This document shows positions 17,980 to 26,977 of a stretch of 64,000 bases of DNA, one piece after another; position 1 is the stretch's first letter, and each line of letters begins with the position of its first letter. Made by a program: the position numbers and the translations under genes. Location of the stretch: NCBI GenBank assembly GCA_030433255.1, contig JAUIMI010000001.1, positions 311,362 through 375,361 on the forward strand. The letters run 5' to 3'. This DNA comes from a bacterium. GTDB lineage: Bacteria > Patescibacteriota > Minisyncoccia > Phycocordibacterales > UBA1006. The notes below the pieces were generated by a model. The model was not told the origin of the DNA. It did no database searches and saw only the letters and a program-made list of their open reading frames with translations.

Positions 17980-18044
17980 ATAATTAAAAATTTATATTGT
18001 TAACTGTTTTTTGAGTTTCTCATAGAGTTTTTTCAGGTAATAAC

Positions 18045-18350
18045 ATGTTATGTTTTATCTTGCAATTGCTATTAATCATGTTTCCTATGAACTCATTACC
18101 CTTTGAGATTCTCTTTGAAGTTCTCGGCAATCGTATTCGTGATCTTCGACAATCAAAAAAGCTTTCACAAATTGAAGTAGCAGCAAGATGTGGACTGGAC
18201 GTTTCTAACTATAATAAAATTGAATTTAACAAAAGGCCACCATCACTACGTACGCTATTTAAAATTGCCATTGCTCTAGATGAACCTATCTCTAATTTCT
18301 TTAATGATGAAGTGTTTCTCTCATTTATCGAAGAACATGTGAAAGCTTAA
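18045..18350 (+). CDS. XRE-family helix-turn-helix transcriptional regulator
   Basis: HTH_3 signature LSQIEVAARCGLDVSNYNKIE is present. The likely true start is an internal Met at about 18087 (MNSLPFEIL). Confidence 0.7.
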   Translation: MLCFILQLLLIMFPMNSLPFEILFEVLGNRIRDLRQSKKLSQIEVAARCGLDVSNYNKIEFNKRPPSLRTLFKIAIALDEPISNFFNDEVFLSFIEEHVKA

Positions 18351-18572
18351 TAAAAATGTTGTTTTTAATAAATCAGTCTATCAAGTCTAAAGTTGTAATC
18401 TCATTAAATAGCTTTTAAATATGCTTGCTTTTTGGTTCTAGCAGTATTGTGTAGCAATGGCATTAAGTAAGTATTAGGCTAATGTCCACAGATATACTTT
18501 AAATTCTATTTTTTTAATTACGAAACCAAAAAAAAGCGTTAGCTTTTTAAAACAGCCAAACCAAAGAGATAG

Positions 18573-18899
18573 CTATAACCAGCTATCTCTTTGTAATTGC
18601 TTTCGTTCTTGTTCCTGTTTTATTTGTTCTATTCGGATATGGTCTGGAATGCGTTCATTTGCGTTGTACTTTGGTAAAGAAATTTCTTTTGTAGAACGCA
18701 TTTTTTGCGTTTCGAATTGTGAATGAGATATCCAGTCCCGTCGCTTAACCTTTCCAAACTCATCTCGCCATCCCAAAAGATTCCTCACAATCTTAAGATA
18801 CACACGCACCGCAGATCCACTCATACTTCCAATATGCTTATCAAAAAAAGCATTAGGCACTGGAGTCGTATTATTCAGTCGCATGAGCTTCAAAATCAA
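18573..18899 (-). CDS. truncated phage/plasmid replisome-organiser-like protein (N-terminal winged-helix domain only)
   Basis: VPNAFFDKHIGSMSGSAVRVYLKIVRNLLGW resembles Phage_rep_org_N/DnaD-like N-domains. It is only 108 aa. A 12-bp stem hairpin (AAAGAGATAGCT ... AGCTATCTCTTT) overlaps its 3' end. Confidence 0.35.
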   Translation of the reverse strand: MILKLMRLNNTTPVPNAFFDKHIGSMSGSAVRVYLKIVRNLLGWRDEFGKVKRRDWISHSQFETQKMRSTKEISLPKYNANERIPDHIRIEQIKQEQERKQLQRDSWL

Positions 18900-19197
18900 T
18901 TACTGGTAAATTATCATTATGATTTGGAAAGATCATAAAATTAGTATCTGGTTGATGATACAACTGTAAAAACCAACCGCCGTTGTTGGTTACTTTTACA
19001 ACACCTACTTTATGATAAATATGTTTGTCGTTATCAACCTTATTAACAGTTTTACGAGTAACAACGTTATAAAATTTAGTCATACTAAAATTCAATTTTA
19101 TGTACGTTTTAACCTTAGGGAAAACCCAATACAAATCAAAATCGAAAATATTTTGTTTCAATAGAAAGTCGCAAAACCCTTGACTTTTGTCGGACAA
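18871..19197 (-). CDS. hypothetical protein
   Basis: The ORF shows no similarity I can recognise. It is adjacent to the right-hand repeat. Confidence 0.3.
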   Translation of the reverse strand: MSDKSQGFCDFLLKQNIFDFDLYWVFPKVKTYIKLNFSMTKFYNVVTRKTVNKVDNDKHIYHKVGVVKVTNNGGWFLQLYHQPDTNFMIFPNHNDNLPVIDFEAHATE

Positions 19198-19202
19198 GTA
19201 GT

Positions 19203-19217
19203 GTTGTGCGACGTTAT
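19203..19217. repeat. right copy (attR-like) of the 15-bp direct repeat TGTTGTGCGACGTTA
   Basis: The 15-mer is identical to the one at 2479..2493. Confidence 0.55.
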
Positions 19218-19271
19218 ATTAAAATGACATATTTTATAAAAACCACCCTATTTACATACTTTTCCTAAAAT

Positions 19272-19305
19272 AAAAACCACCTAGTTTCTAAGGTGATGGT
19301 TTTTA
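19272..19305. terminator. bidirectional terminator downstream of rplI
   Basis: The hairpin AAACCACCT-agtttcta-AGGTGATGGTTT is flanked by A- and T-runs. Confidence 0.55.
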
Positions 19306-19435
19306 TCCCTCACAAGAAATACAAACATTCATTTCTTGTTCTTTTTGTTTACCTGCTACCTCTTCACTGGTAAATGGATCAATATAGGTATCTTTCATAA
19401 TTTTAATTATATTAAACGTGTATACAATAATTATA

Positions 19436-19879
19436 CTATTTTTTCTCTATTACTAAAAATAGCTGGCTCTTTGTGTTGTATGCTTCGAGGGTTAAGGTAT
19501 ACTTGCCTGCCTCTTTGAATGCGTACTTCTCTTTATATAAGGTGTTGGGTGTATTTAAGTGTAACTGCTCGTGTACAGCTCTTATAATTTCTTTTAAACC
19601 TAGCGCATGATATAGAGAACCTTTTTCATTTAATTTCTCTCTTATGGTTATGGTTTTACCATTAATCAGGGATAGTGTTGTTTCTATTTTTTCCTGTTCC
19701 TTTTCTGCCTTATTAAGAGCAGCTGTTTTTGCTTGTTTGATTTTATTTAATGCTGTATTGGTAGCAACCTTTGCCAAACCTTTCGGGATAAGAGAGTTTT
19801 GAGCGTATCCATCTGAAACTTCAACAACCTCTCCTTTTTTACCAATACCTTTTATATGCTGTGTTAAAATAATTTTCAT
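19436..19879 (-). CDS. rplI: 50S ribosomal protein L9
   Basis: MKIILTQHIKGIGKKGEVVEVSDGYAQNSLIPKGLA is the canonical L9 N-domain. The length of 147 aa fits. Confidence 0.85.
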   Translation of the reverse strand: MKIILTQHIKGIGKKGEVVEVSDGYAQNSLIPKGLAKVATNTALNKIKQAKTAALNKAEKEQEKIETTLSLINGKTITIREKLNEKGSLYHALGLKEIIRAVHEQLHLNTPNTLYKEKYAFKEAGKYTLTLEAYNTKSQLFLVIEKK

Positions 19880-19881
19880 AC

Positions 19882-21063
19882 TTACTTTTCTTTAAACATA
19901 GTAATTGCTTCTTGTAATTGAATATCTGTATCAAATGATTGATTTGATTCAATATATACATCAGGTTCAATGCCTATTTCTGATATGTGTTCTTTGTTTG
20001 GTGTTAACCAACGTGCCACTGTTACCTTTAGTGATGTTTTATTTGGTAAATTAATTAATTCTTGTACTGAACCCTTCCCGTAACTCGTCTCCCCTACTAT
20101 TGTTGCAACATTATTGTCTCTGAGTGCCCCAGCGACGATTTCTGATGCTGAAGCAGAGCCTTGGTTAATAAGGACTACAGTTTCATACTCGTGATCGTTT
20201 AATAAGTCATATCCAAAACTTCGATAGATAGTTTCTTCTTCTAAGTCTATACCAAATTGTTCACGTAAAACAACTGTTCCTTGCGGCAAGAAATAGCTTG
20301 CTAGTGTAACAGATGATGACAAGAATCCTCCTGGGTTATTTCTTAAATCAATAAGAAGTTTTGAGTAACCACCTTCTTTGAATTCAGTGAGTGCGTCTTT
20401 AAAACGATTATCTACTGTTTCATTAAAATTATATGAATGGATAATAAACACACCATCAATTACTTCCGTATCAAGTACTGGGATAGTGACAACATCTCTT
20501 GTTATATCTATATCCTGCGCTTCCGCTTCATCAAAACGAACAATCGTAAGAGTGACTTCTGTATTAATTTCACCTCTGATATAGCTAATAGCTTCATCAA
20601 GAGTTTTACCTGTTATATCTAGTCCATCAACGTGGGTAATAATATCGCCAGATTCTAATCCTGATAATTCTGCTGGAGAATCTTTGAGTGGGCTAATTAC
20701 GGTTAAATAGCCGTTACGTATTCCTATTTCAGCTCCGATACCTCCAAATTCACCTGAAATGGTTTCATCAAAGAATTGACTTGTAACAGGTGGAAGAAAT
20801 GCTGAGTAATCATCATGGTAAGAGTTTACGAGTCCTTCAATAGCTCCATAAATTTTTTCTTGATCTGTTGGTTCTTCAAAAGGATATTTTTTTTCTATTG
20901 TTGACCAAACCTCCCAAAATAAATCAAAATTCTCTTGGGAAGGTCGCTCATGTTTTATGGATTGAATATGGTTATATGAAAAATATCCAATTATAAAAAA
21001 AACAACTGCTAATAGAACATTATGAAAGGAAAATTTATTTTTTTGTGAATTATTATTATCCAT
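19882..21063 (-). CDS. S41 family C-terminal processing peptidase (CtpA-like) with a PDZ domain
   Basis: An N-terminal TM helix is present. The PDZ segment is GDIITHVDGLDITGK and the catalytic region reads NQGSASASEIVAGAL. Confidence 0.85.
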   Translation of the reverse strand: MDNNNSQKNKFSFHNVLLAVVFFIIGYFSYNHIQSIKHERPSQENFDLFWEVWSTIEKKYPFEEPTDQEKIYGAIEGLVNSYHDDYSAFLPPVTSQFFDETISGEFGGIGAEIGIRNGYLTVISPLKDSPAELSGLESGDIITHVDGLDITGKTLDEAISYIRGEINTEVTLTIVRFDEAEAQDIDITRDVVTIPVLDTEVIDGVFIIHSYNFNETVDNRFKDALTEFKEGGYSKLLIDLRNNPGGFLSSSVTLASYFLPQGTVVLREQFGIDLEEETIYRSFGYDLLNDHEYETVVLINQGSASASEIVAGALRDNNVATIVGETSYGKGSVQELINLPNKTSLKVTVARWLTPNKEHISEIGIEPDVYIESNQSFDTDIQLQEAITMFKEK

Positions 21064-21068
21064 AATTA

Positions 21069-22247
21069 TTATTTGTACGCCTCTTTAGTATACCTGTTTT
21101 TTGGATCCCATGACATATATGAGTCTAAACTAATATCGTAAGTAGCATTTATTTGAGCTTTAACTTCATTAATTCCATATGTAGGAGTACCAAGATTAAA
21201 ATCTTGAATCCATGTACGTAGTTTATCTGGATCTTCATCTATTGAATGAGCTTTATCTATAGCTCCCTGCATTGCTGCACGTACAACTTCGTATGGATGT
21301 GCATTTGGGTTAGTATATCCAAAGAATCCAGAGCTGTAATGTGATGGATATACCATAGGTGCAATAGCATCAAAGTGCGGATAGATATCTTCAAAAACCT
21401 GACCAATACCAATGTCATCTTGAGCTGTTGTAACGAGCCCAAAAATATCTGCTGAAATAGGTATTCCTTTTGAGCGTAAACGATTGTCTATGTATTCATA
21501 GAAAGATTTCATTGTTGTTGCCCTGCTCTCCCCTTCAGCAATTTCATAATTAATATTATGAATAGATCCATCAGATGGGTATCTGATATAGTCAAAATTA
21601 ATTTCATCAAATCCTATTGCGTATGAATATTCTGCAATATCAGCTATGTAATCCCACGCAGCCTCCTTGTTTGGGTTTATAAATGCAAGACCTTTTCTAT
21701 CAGTCCATACCTCGTTATTATCAATTCTTTTAAAAGACCAGTCAGGATTTTTCTTTGATAAAAGAGGATCTTGAAATGTTGTTAGTCTTCCTATGACGTA
21801 AATATTATTATCATGAAGTCTTTCTATAAGGCTATTGATGTCACGAATACGTGTCGAATCAGTAGAATACTTTTGGACCAAAGGGATATCAGTTGGGAAT
21901 GAAATTACTCCAGTTGAGTCCTTAATATCGATTACTACGGCATTAATATCTGACTCTGTTACAAAGTCAATTAACTTATTAATAAGTGATGGTGTTCCAG
22001 CAACCCAGCTTGAGATATAAATTGCTCGTACAGAGTCTGGTGTTGCTATGTGGCCTGCATTAGTACGTGTTCTGTATTCTTCTACTTTTTTAATAAAAGA
22101 ATAATTTCTATGTGTTGTTTCGAGAAAGGTGTTTTCATACGTATTAACTATATTGTATTGTTCTGCATTATACTCAACAAAAACAACTAGCGAAATGATA
22201 GTTGTCATAACAAAGAGTGGTGTTGTAAAATATGACCTTTTAGTCAT
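21069..22247 (-). CDS. putative TIM-barrel glycoside-hydrolase-like protein (GHL/DUF4015-like)
   Basis: An N-terminal TM helix is present. The soluble domain has motifs of the putative glycosyl hydrolase-like family (VVIDIKD ... GFDEINFDYIRYP). The family assignment is from memory. Confidence 0.4.
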   Translation of the reverse strand: MTKRSYFTTPLFVMTTIISLVVFVEYNAEQYNIVNTYENTFLETTHRNYSFIKKVEEYRTRTNAGHIATPDSVRAIYISSWVAGTPSLINKLIDFVTESDINAVVIDIKDSTGVISFPTDIPLVQKYSTDSTRIRDINSLIERLHDNNIYVIGRLTTFQDPLLSKKNPDWSFKRIDNNEVWTDRKGLAFINPNKEAAWDYIADIAEYSYAIGFDEINFDYIRYPSDGSIHNINYEIAEGESRATTMKSFYEYIDNRLRSKGIPISADIFGLVTTAQDDIGIGQVFEDIYPHFDAIAPMVYPSHYSSGFFGYTNPNAHPYEVVRAAMQGAIDKAHSIDEDPDKLRTWIQDFNLGTPTYGINEVKAQINATYDISLDSYMSWDPKNRYTKEAYK

Positions 22248-22533
22248 GATTATTTATGACCACATCAGAAATACGTGATTGTTTTGAGGATTCTTCTGTT
22301 TTATTTTGCTCTTTGAATCGTTCTTGTAGTTCTTTTACATAGTCTTGAAGAGATGTTTCCTCATCGACATCTTGAATGATCCCTGATTTGTGACGGAGAA
22401 AAAGTGTAGCGCTTCCAATAATGAATGCTAAAACGATTACATATAAATTCTCCCACAATTCAGGAAACCCTAAAAAGGGAAATATAAGTAGGAGTAAACT
22501 GGAAATAAGTATAATACGGGTATATTTTTTCAT
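22240..22533 (-). CDS. small membrane protein
   Basis: Two hydrophobic helices are present. It overlaps the upstream gene by 8 bp. Confidence 0.4.
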   Translation of the reverse strand: MKKYTRIILISSLLLLIFPFLGFPELWENLYVIVLAFIIGSATLFLRHKSGIIQDVDEETSLQDYVKELQERFKEQNKTEESSKQSRISDVVINNHD

Positions 22534-22585
22534 ACAAAGATTATATCAAAAAAGACAAAATGATTCATCTTGTCTTATATCTAAA

Positions 22586-23275
22586 TTATTTATCAATAAT
22601 AATTACACATTCACCACGAACATGTTCAGGATTTTCTTTAAAAAAAAGATATACCTCTTGTGCAGTACCTCGTACTGTTTCCTCAAATAGCTTTGTTAAT
22701 TCTCTTCCTACGGCAATATTTCTATTATCACCAAAACGATTATTCAGTTCTAATAGAGTTTTTAACAAACGATGTGGCGATTCATAAAATACACTCATTC
22801 TTGAAGATTGTTCAATTTCATTAAATATTTTATTCCGCCCTTTTTTATGAGGGAGGAAGCCATAAAAGGTAAATTGATTTCCGATAAACCCAGTTGTGGT
22901 AATTGCTGTGATGAGTGCAGATGCTCCAGGTATTGAAGTAATCTTTGTGCTAGGACATTCTTCCCATAAACGATGTATTAAACGAACACCAGGATCAGAG
23001 ATGGTTGGTGTCCCTGCATCAGAAACAAGTCCAAAAGTCATTCCGTTGTTAATACGTTCAATAATAGAGTTTTCTTTATTCTCGCTTGCTTGTGCGTGAT
23101 AGCTTTCCGTGGGTGTTGTAATCGAATAATGTTGCAAAAGTTTTCGGGTAACACGAGTATCTTCACATAAAATAGTATCTACTTCAGTAAGAATTTTCAG
23201 TGCTCTGTGAGTAATATCCTCTAGATTCCCTATTGGCGTTGCTATGATATAAAATTCGTTTTTGTGTTCTTTCAT
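22586..23275 (-). CDS. rsmI: 16S rRNA (cytidine1402-2'-O)-methyltransferase RsmI
   Basis: The tetrapyrrole-methylase fold begins YIIATPIGNLEDITHRALKIL, with DTRVT further on. Confidence 0.85.
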   Translation of the reverse strand: MKEHKNEFYIIATPIGNLEDITHRALKILTEVDTILCEDTRVTRKLLQHYSITTPTESYHAQASENKENSIIERINNGMTFGLVSDAGTPTISDPGVRLIHRLWEECPSTKITSIPGASALITAITTTGFIGNQFTFYGFLPHKKGRNKIFNEIEQSSRMSVFYESPHRLLKTLLELNNRFGDNRNIAVGRELTKLFEETVRGTAQEVYLFFKENPEHVRGECVIIIDK

Positions 23276-23280
23276 ATAAT

Positions 23281-23631
23281 CTATAATTCTCTTCCCTCAA
23301 CGTCTATCGTTGATGATGTATTGATACGATTTTTAACGGTATCAGTTATTTGCTTACTTAATTTTTCTGTTATTTTTTTTAAAAAACGAAAAAGAATAAT
23401 ATCAAAAACTAAAATTACAAGCAGTATAAACCCGAATATTTTAAAAAATAAGTACCCATAGTGAAAACCCACAAATAATGATCCACCCGAGAGAACACCT
23501 AAAGCAATGAAACTTATAACAAAAAAACCTTCAATAAAACCAAATGAGGTATCAGCAAGAAGTTCATCAGGAGCATTATACCCTTGTCGTGCTTTTAATG
23601 CGTAGTCAATATATTTAAAAAACCCAAACAT
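23281..23631 (-). CDS. hypothetical membrane protein
   Basis: Three hydrophobic helices are present and no recognisable domain. Confidence 0.35.
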   Translation of the reverse strand: MFGFFKYIDYALKARQGYNAPDELLADTSFGFIEGFFVISFIALGVLSGGSLFVGFHYGYLFFKIFGFILLVILVFDIILFRFLKKITEKLSKQITDTVKNRINTSSTIDVEGREL

Positions 23632-23689
23632 ACAAAAAGTATAACAAAGACTCTGTTTTTTTCATATTTTCATGTTATCATCTCTGTAT

Positions 23690-23771
23690 GCCCAGATGGT
23701 GGAATTGGTATACACACATGGTTGAGGGCCATGGCTCATTGAGCATGCGGGTTCGAGCCCCGCTTTGGGCA
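23690..23771 (+). tRNA. tRNA-Leu (anticodon GAG)
   Basis: The cloverleaf was folded by hand. The acceptor stem is GCCCAGA/TTTGGGC. The anticodon arm is CATGG-TTGAGGG-CCATG. A long variable arm (GCTCA-TT-TGAGC) is present. The T-arm is GCGGG-TTCGAGC-CCCGC and the discriminator is A. No CCA is encoded. Confidence 0.85.
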
Positions 23772-23778
23772 CAAAACA

Positions 23779-23808
23779 AAAAAGACATATTCGATATGTC
23801 TTTTTTTT
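23779..23808. terminator. bidirectional rho-independent terminator
   Basis: The hairpin AGACATAT-tcg-ATATGTCT is flanked by an A-run and a T-run. It lies between tRNA-Leu (+) and the Excalibur gene (-). Confidence 0.6.
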
Positions 23809-23810
23809 GC

Positions 23811-24251
23811 TTAAGCTTCTTGTGGTAGATGTTCACAAACAATACCATCTTTATCTCCATCTAATCTATTAACATCAGTTCCACACTGTTCGTATACTCG
23901 TTGTGCCTCTGGTTGAGTTGCAAAATCATCACAATTATAATCATAATAATCTGCATTCTGAGCATCACAAATCATTCCAATATTAATTAAATTTCCATCT
24001 TCATCACGTTCGAGAAGTGCTTCTTTTAATGATCCAGTTTTCCATAGTGTTTGAAGATCAAAATCCTTGTCGGCTACTTCTAGTCCAGTAGCTAAACCAG
24101 CGACACCTCCAACAACTGCTGCGCCAGTCTGAAGTGTTTTATTTTCAGTCTTATCTCCATGCCACCACATTACAGCAGCAATAGCGATAATAATTAATAA
24201 TACAATTAATCGAGTGTTTTTATTTCCTCGAGATTTTTGAAATTTACTCAT
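23811..24251 (-). CDS. membrane-anchored protein with a C-terminal Excalibur calcium-binding domain
   Basis: An N-terminal TM helix is present. The C-terminal segment [35 protein letters not shown] matches the Excalibur DxDxDGxxCE motif. Confidence 0.7.
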   Translation of the reverse strand: MSKFQKSRGNKNTRLIVLLIIIAIAAVMWWHGDKTENKTLQTGAAVVGGVAGLATGLEVADKDFDLQTLWKTGSLKEALLERDEDGNLINIGMICDAQNADYYDYNCDDFATQPEAQRVYEQCGTDVNRLDGDKDGIVCEHLPQEA

Positions 24252-24307
24252 ACTTACCTATTATACAAATAATTTAATATTTTTGTCATTTGTTAAAGTA
24301 AAAATAT

Positions 24308-24718
24308 TTGGTAAAATTAATAAAAAAAATAAACACTATGACGTTAAAAATTGAATCTTCTGATCTTGATATTGGTACCTGTTATTGTGTGTTGCATAAG
24401 CTACTAAAACCTATTATTAAACCAAAAAATAAAGACATTTTTTTAAAAATTAATAGGGTTATTGATATTTCTGAGAGAAATCCAGAAACATTGAGAAAGT
24501 TTATATCTTATATTCTTGGTGGTTTTAATTACCAAACACAACCAAGAAAACCATTTGTTAATCATTTACTCAAACAAATAGAGGGGAATAAGGCGTTTAT
24601 TGCTGGAGGAACACACGAAGAGGGAATGTTTTTATTTTTGTATATTGAAAATAAAGATTACATAACCTGCAAAATATCAACTCCAGACCTTTTTTTAAAA
24701 AAATATCTAATTAATTAA
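24308..24718 (+). CDS. hypothetical protein
   Basis: The ORF has no recognisable domain. Confidence 0.3.
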   Translation: MVKLIKKINTMTLKIESSDLDIGTCYCVLHKLLKPIIKPKNKDIFLKINRVIDISERNPETLRKFISYILGGFNYQTQPRKPFVNHLLKQIEGNKAFIAGGTHEEGMFLFLYIENKDYITCKISTPDLFLKKYLIN

Positions 24719-24742
24719 CAAAAAGCACTCTTTCTGAGTGCT

Positions 24743-25321
24743 TTATTTTTTAAAGAAATTTGCTGCCATTCCAAGAATATCATCAACAACACTTCCGTCA
24801 TTATCTTTATCAAGAAGGGATGTGGCAATGTTTGATAGCATTCCTGAATCCTTAAGTGTTTGTTTTTCACTCTGGAGGAGGTCAAAAATACCACCTGCAT
24901 CTAGGTTAGATGAGCTTTTTTTAGAGCCAATTTGACCAAGAATAAGAGGAGCTGCCATTTCTAATAATTTAGAGGTGGAACCTGAATCAGTATTGTTATT
25001 CTTAGCTAAAACAGTTGTTAAATCTTCAGCACTTGAACCAAAGATGTGCCCGAGTATTTTACCACCCTTTGTATCTACTTCGGGGTTAACTAAATCATCA
25101 ATATTATCTAGAATTGAACCATCATGGCTATCAAGAGCTGTATTTAATGATGATAATCCTTCTTTCGATTTTGTATTATCTGCAATTTTAGTAAGAATAA
25201 TTGGACCAGCCTGAGAGAGGATTGATTGTGCAGTAGAGCTATCAACTCCTGCTGACTGTGCTATTTTTTCTATCCCTTGATCCCCAACTTTTGATAGTAT
25301 TCCTGTTAGTAATGATTCCAT
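24743..25321 (-). CDS. DUF937-like hypothetical protein
   Basis: The composition is low-complexity and Ser/Gly/Asp-rich. The C-terminal LLDKDNDGSVVDDILGMAANFF resembles DUF937-family proteins, recalled from memory. Confidence 0.4.
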   Translation of the reverse strand: MESLLTGILSKVGDQGIEKIAQSAGVDSSTAQSILSQAGPIILTKIADNTKSKEGLSSLNTALDSHDGSILDNIDDLVNPEVDTKGGKILGHIFGSSAEDLTTVLAKNNNTDSGSTSKLLEMAAPLILGQIGSKKSSSNLDAGGIFDLLQSEKQTLKDSGMLSNIATSLLDKDNDGSVVDDILGMAANFFKK

Positions 25322-25323
25322 AT

Positions 25324-26697
25324 TTATATTTGTTCGTTAATTTCTTTAATAATTTTTTGCGCTAATGAATCAGCCTTATCTTGAGAGGTTGCTTCTGTGT
25401 ATATTCTCATGATAGGTTCTGTGTTTGATTTACGCAAGTGGACCCATGATTCTTCAAAATCAATTTTAACCCCATCAATGTTTGAAATTTTTTCGGATTG
25501 ATAAGTGCTCAAAAAATGATCTAAAATATCATCAACGTTGATATTTGGACCTAATACAACTTTTTCTTTTGCCATAAAATAATCAACATAACGTGAACGT
25601 AATTCACTTGTTGATGTTTTTTCTTCACTCATGAATGTTAAAAACAAGGCTATTCCAACCAGTGCATCGCGCCCATAGTGAAGCGGAGGGTAAATAACAC
25701 CACCACTTCCCTCACCTCCAAATACTGCACTTACCTCTTTCATTTTTTCTACAACATTTTTTTCACCTACAGCTGAAGCAAAATATGGTTGATTATGTTT
25801 TTTTGCGATATCCGATAATGCTCGTGATGATGAAAGATTCGATACTGTTGGTCCTGGTGTTTTTGATAAAATATAATCAGCAATAGCAACGATAGTGTAC
25901 TCTTCTCCAAACATCTTCCCTTTTTCATCAACAAGAACAAGGCGATCAACATCAGGGTCGACAGCAATCCCTAAGTCTGATTCCGTTTGAAGTACCAGAG
26001 ACCTTAAATCACTTAGATTTTCTTTGAGTGGTTCTGGTGTATGTTTAAATTCTCCATTACATTCACAGTTAAGTCCGACTACTTCAACGCCAAGTTTTTC
26101 AAGAAGCATTGGAACAGCAATACCTCCTACTGAGTTAATAGCATCAACTGAAATTTTCAATTTTTGCGATTGAATTAATTCAACATTTACAAGATCAAGT
26201 GCACATATTTTTTCGATGTGTTCTTTAGTATGGTTGTAATACTTTGTTTCAGTACCCAGAGCATCAACACCAGCAAAGCTTATTTCTTTTGATTGTGAAA
26301 TAGTTAATATTGCCTCACCTTCTTCTGCTGATAAAAATTCACCATGTTCATTTAACATTTTTAAGCCATTATACTCTTTTGGATTATGACTTGCTGTGAT
26401 AATAATTGCTCCATCTGCCTTATGTTGAATAACCTGCATCTCGACGGTTGGTGTTGTTGCATAATCTAAATTAATAACGTTAACACCAAGCCCAATAAGT
26501 GTTTGAACCGTAATATCTAGTATCATTTTTCCTGATACCCTTCCGTCACGCCCAACTACAACAGTAGGGGTTGATTCTTTGTTTAATACCCATGTCCCGT
26601 AAGCTGACACAAAAGAAGTAATGTCGATAGGGGTTAGGTTTTCTTTTGGAATCCCGCCAATTGTTCCACGGATTCCTGAAATAGATGTAATTAACAT
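25324..26697 (-). CDS. glmM: phosphoglucosamine mutase / phosphohexomutase family
   Basis: The active-site loop reads TASHNPKEYNGLK. The metal-binding segment is DPDVDR. Four alpha-D-phosphohexomutase domains are present in about 457 aa. Confidence 0.8.
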   Translation of the reverse strand: MLITSISGIRGTIGGIPKENLTPIDITSFVSAYGTWVLNKESTPTVVVGRDGRVSGKMILDITVQTLIGLGVNVINLDYATTPTVEMQVIQHKADGAIIITASHNPKEYNGLKMLNEHGEFLSAEEGEAILTISQSKEISFAGVDALGTETKYYNHTKEHIEKICALDLVNVELIQSQKLKISVDAINSVGGIAVPMLLEKLGVEVVGLNCECNGEFKHTPEPLKENLSDLRSLVLQTESDLGIAVDPDVDRLVLVDEKGKMFGEEYTIVAIADYILSKTPGPTVSNLSSSRALSDIAKKHNQPYFASAVGEKNVVEKMKEVSAVFGGEGSGGVIYPPLHYGRDALVGIALFLTFMSEEKTSTSELRSRYVDYFMAKEKVVLGPNINVDDILDHFLSTYQSEKISNIDGVKIDFEESWVHLRKSNTEPIMRIYTEATSQDKADSLAQKIIKEINEQI

Positions 26698-26699
26698 AT

Positions 26700-26960
26700 T
26701 TATGTTCGCTTAAACCATCCGGTAATATTAATATTAAAATACTGAAGTACGGAAATAAATAATCCAGTCATAAGTGCTTCATCAATATTCCCTAAAAATG
26801 GGAGTGTGTCAGGCAAAATCTCAATGAAACCAAAGGTAAAATTAAGCAGGTAAACTATTGATACTATTCCTAATACAAGCATTCCGTAATCTTTTGGTTG
26901 AGTAAAGAAGTTTTTCTTTTTTTTATTAATTTTGATATCTGGTTGTTGTTGAGTATTCAT
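26700..26960 (-). CDS. small membrane protein (YkvA/DUF1232-like)
   Basis: Two TM helices are present. It is tightly coupled to glmM. Confidence 0.4.
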   Translation of the reverse strand: MNTQQQPDIKINKKKKNFFTQPKDYGMLVLGIVSIVYLLNFTFGFIEILPDTLPFLGNIDEALMTGLFISVLQYFNINITGWFKRT

Positions 26961-26977
26961 GATACTAAGTATACCAA

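Larger units (their letters stand above)
2479..19217. mobile_element. integrated genomic island or decaying integrative element of about 16.7 kb, bounded by 15-bp direct repeats
   Basis: Perfect 15-bp direct repeats flank the region. A tyrosine integrase pseudogene lies at the left end and an intact large serine recombinase inside. A replisome-organiser fragment and an XRE regulator are also present. GC content is visibly higher across the FG-GAP genes. The insertion sits between the convergent housekeeping genes engB and rplI, each of which retains its own terminator outside the repeats. Confidence 0.55.

Noticed and set aside
2479-19217. Interpreting the 15-bp repeats as att sites of the serine recombinase
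   Set aside because: Large serine recombinases recombine at 2-bp crossovers and do not leave 15-bp direct repeats. The repeats fit the adjacent, now dead, tyrosine integrase better.
19302-19399. 31-codon minus-strand ORF (MKDTYIDPFTSEEVAGKQKEQEMNVCISCEG) between rplI and its terminator
   Set aside because: It is too short, has no recognisable family, and carries a single CxxC only. It could be real but is not supportable from sequence alone.
22421-23099. Plus-strand ORFs 22421..22690, 22560..22787 and 22896..23099
   Set aside because: They are antisense to rsmI and the adjacent membrane gene. Their translations are low-complexity.
23678-23860. 60-aa minus-strand ORF overlapping tRNA-Leu
   Set aside because: It overlaps a well-folded tRNA and its terminator hairpin, so it is spurious.
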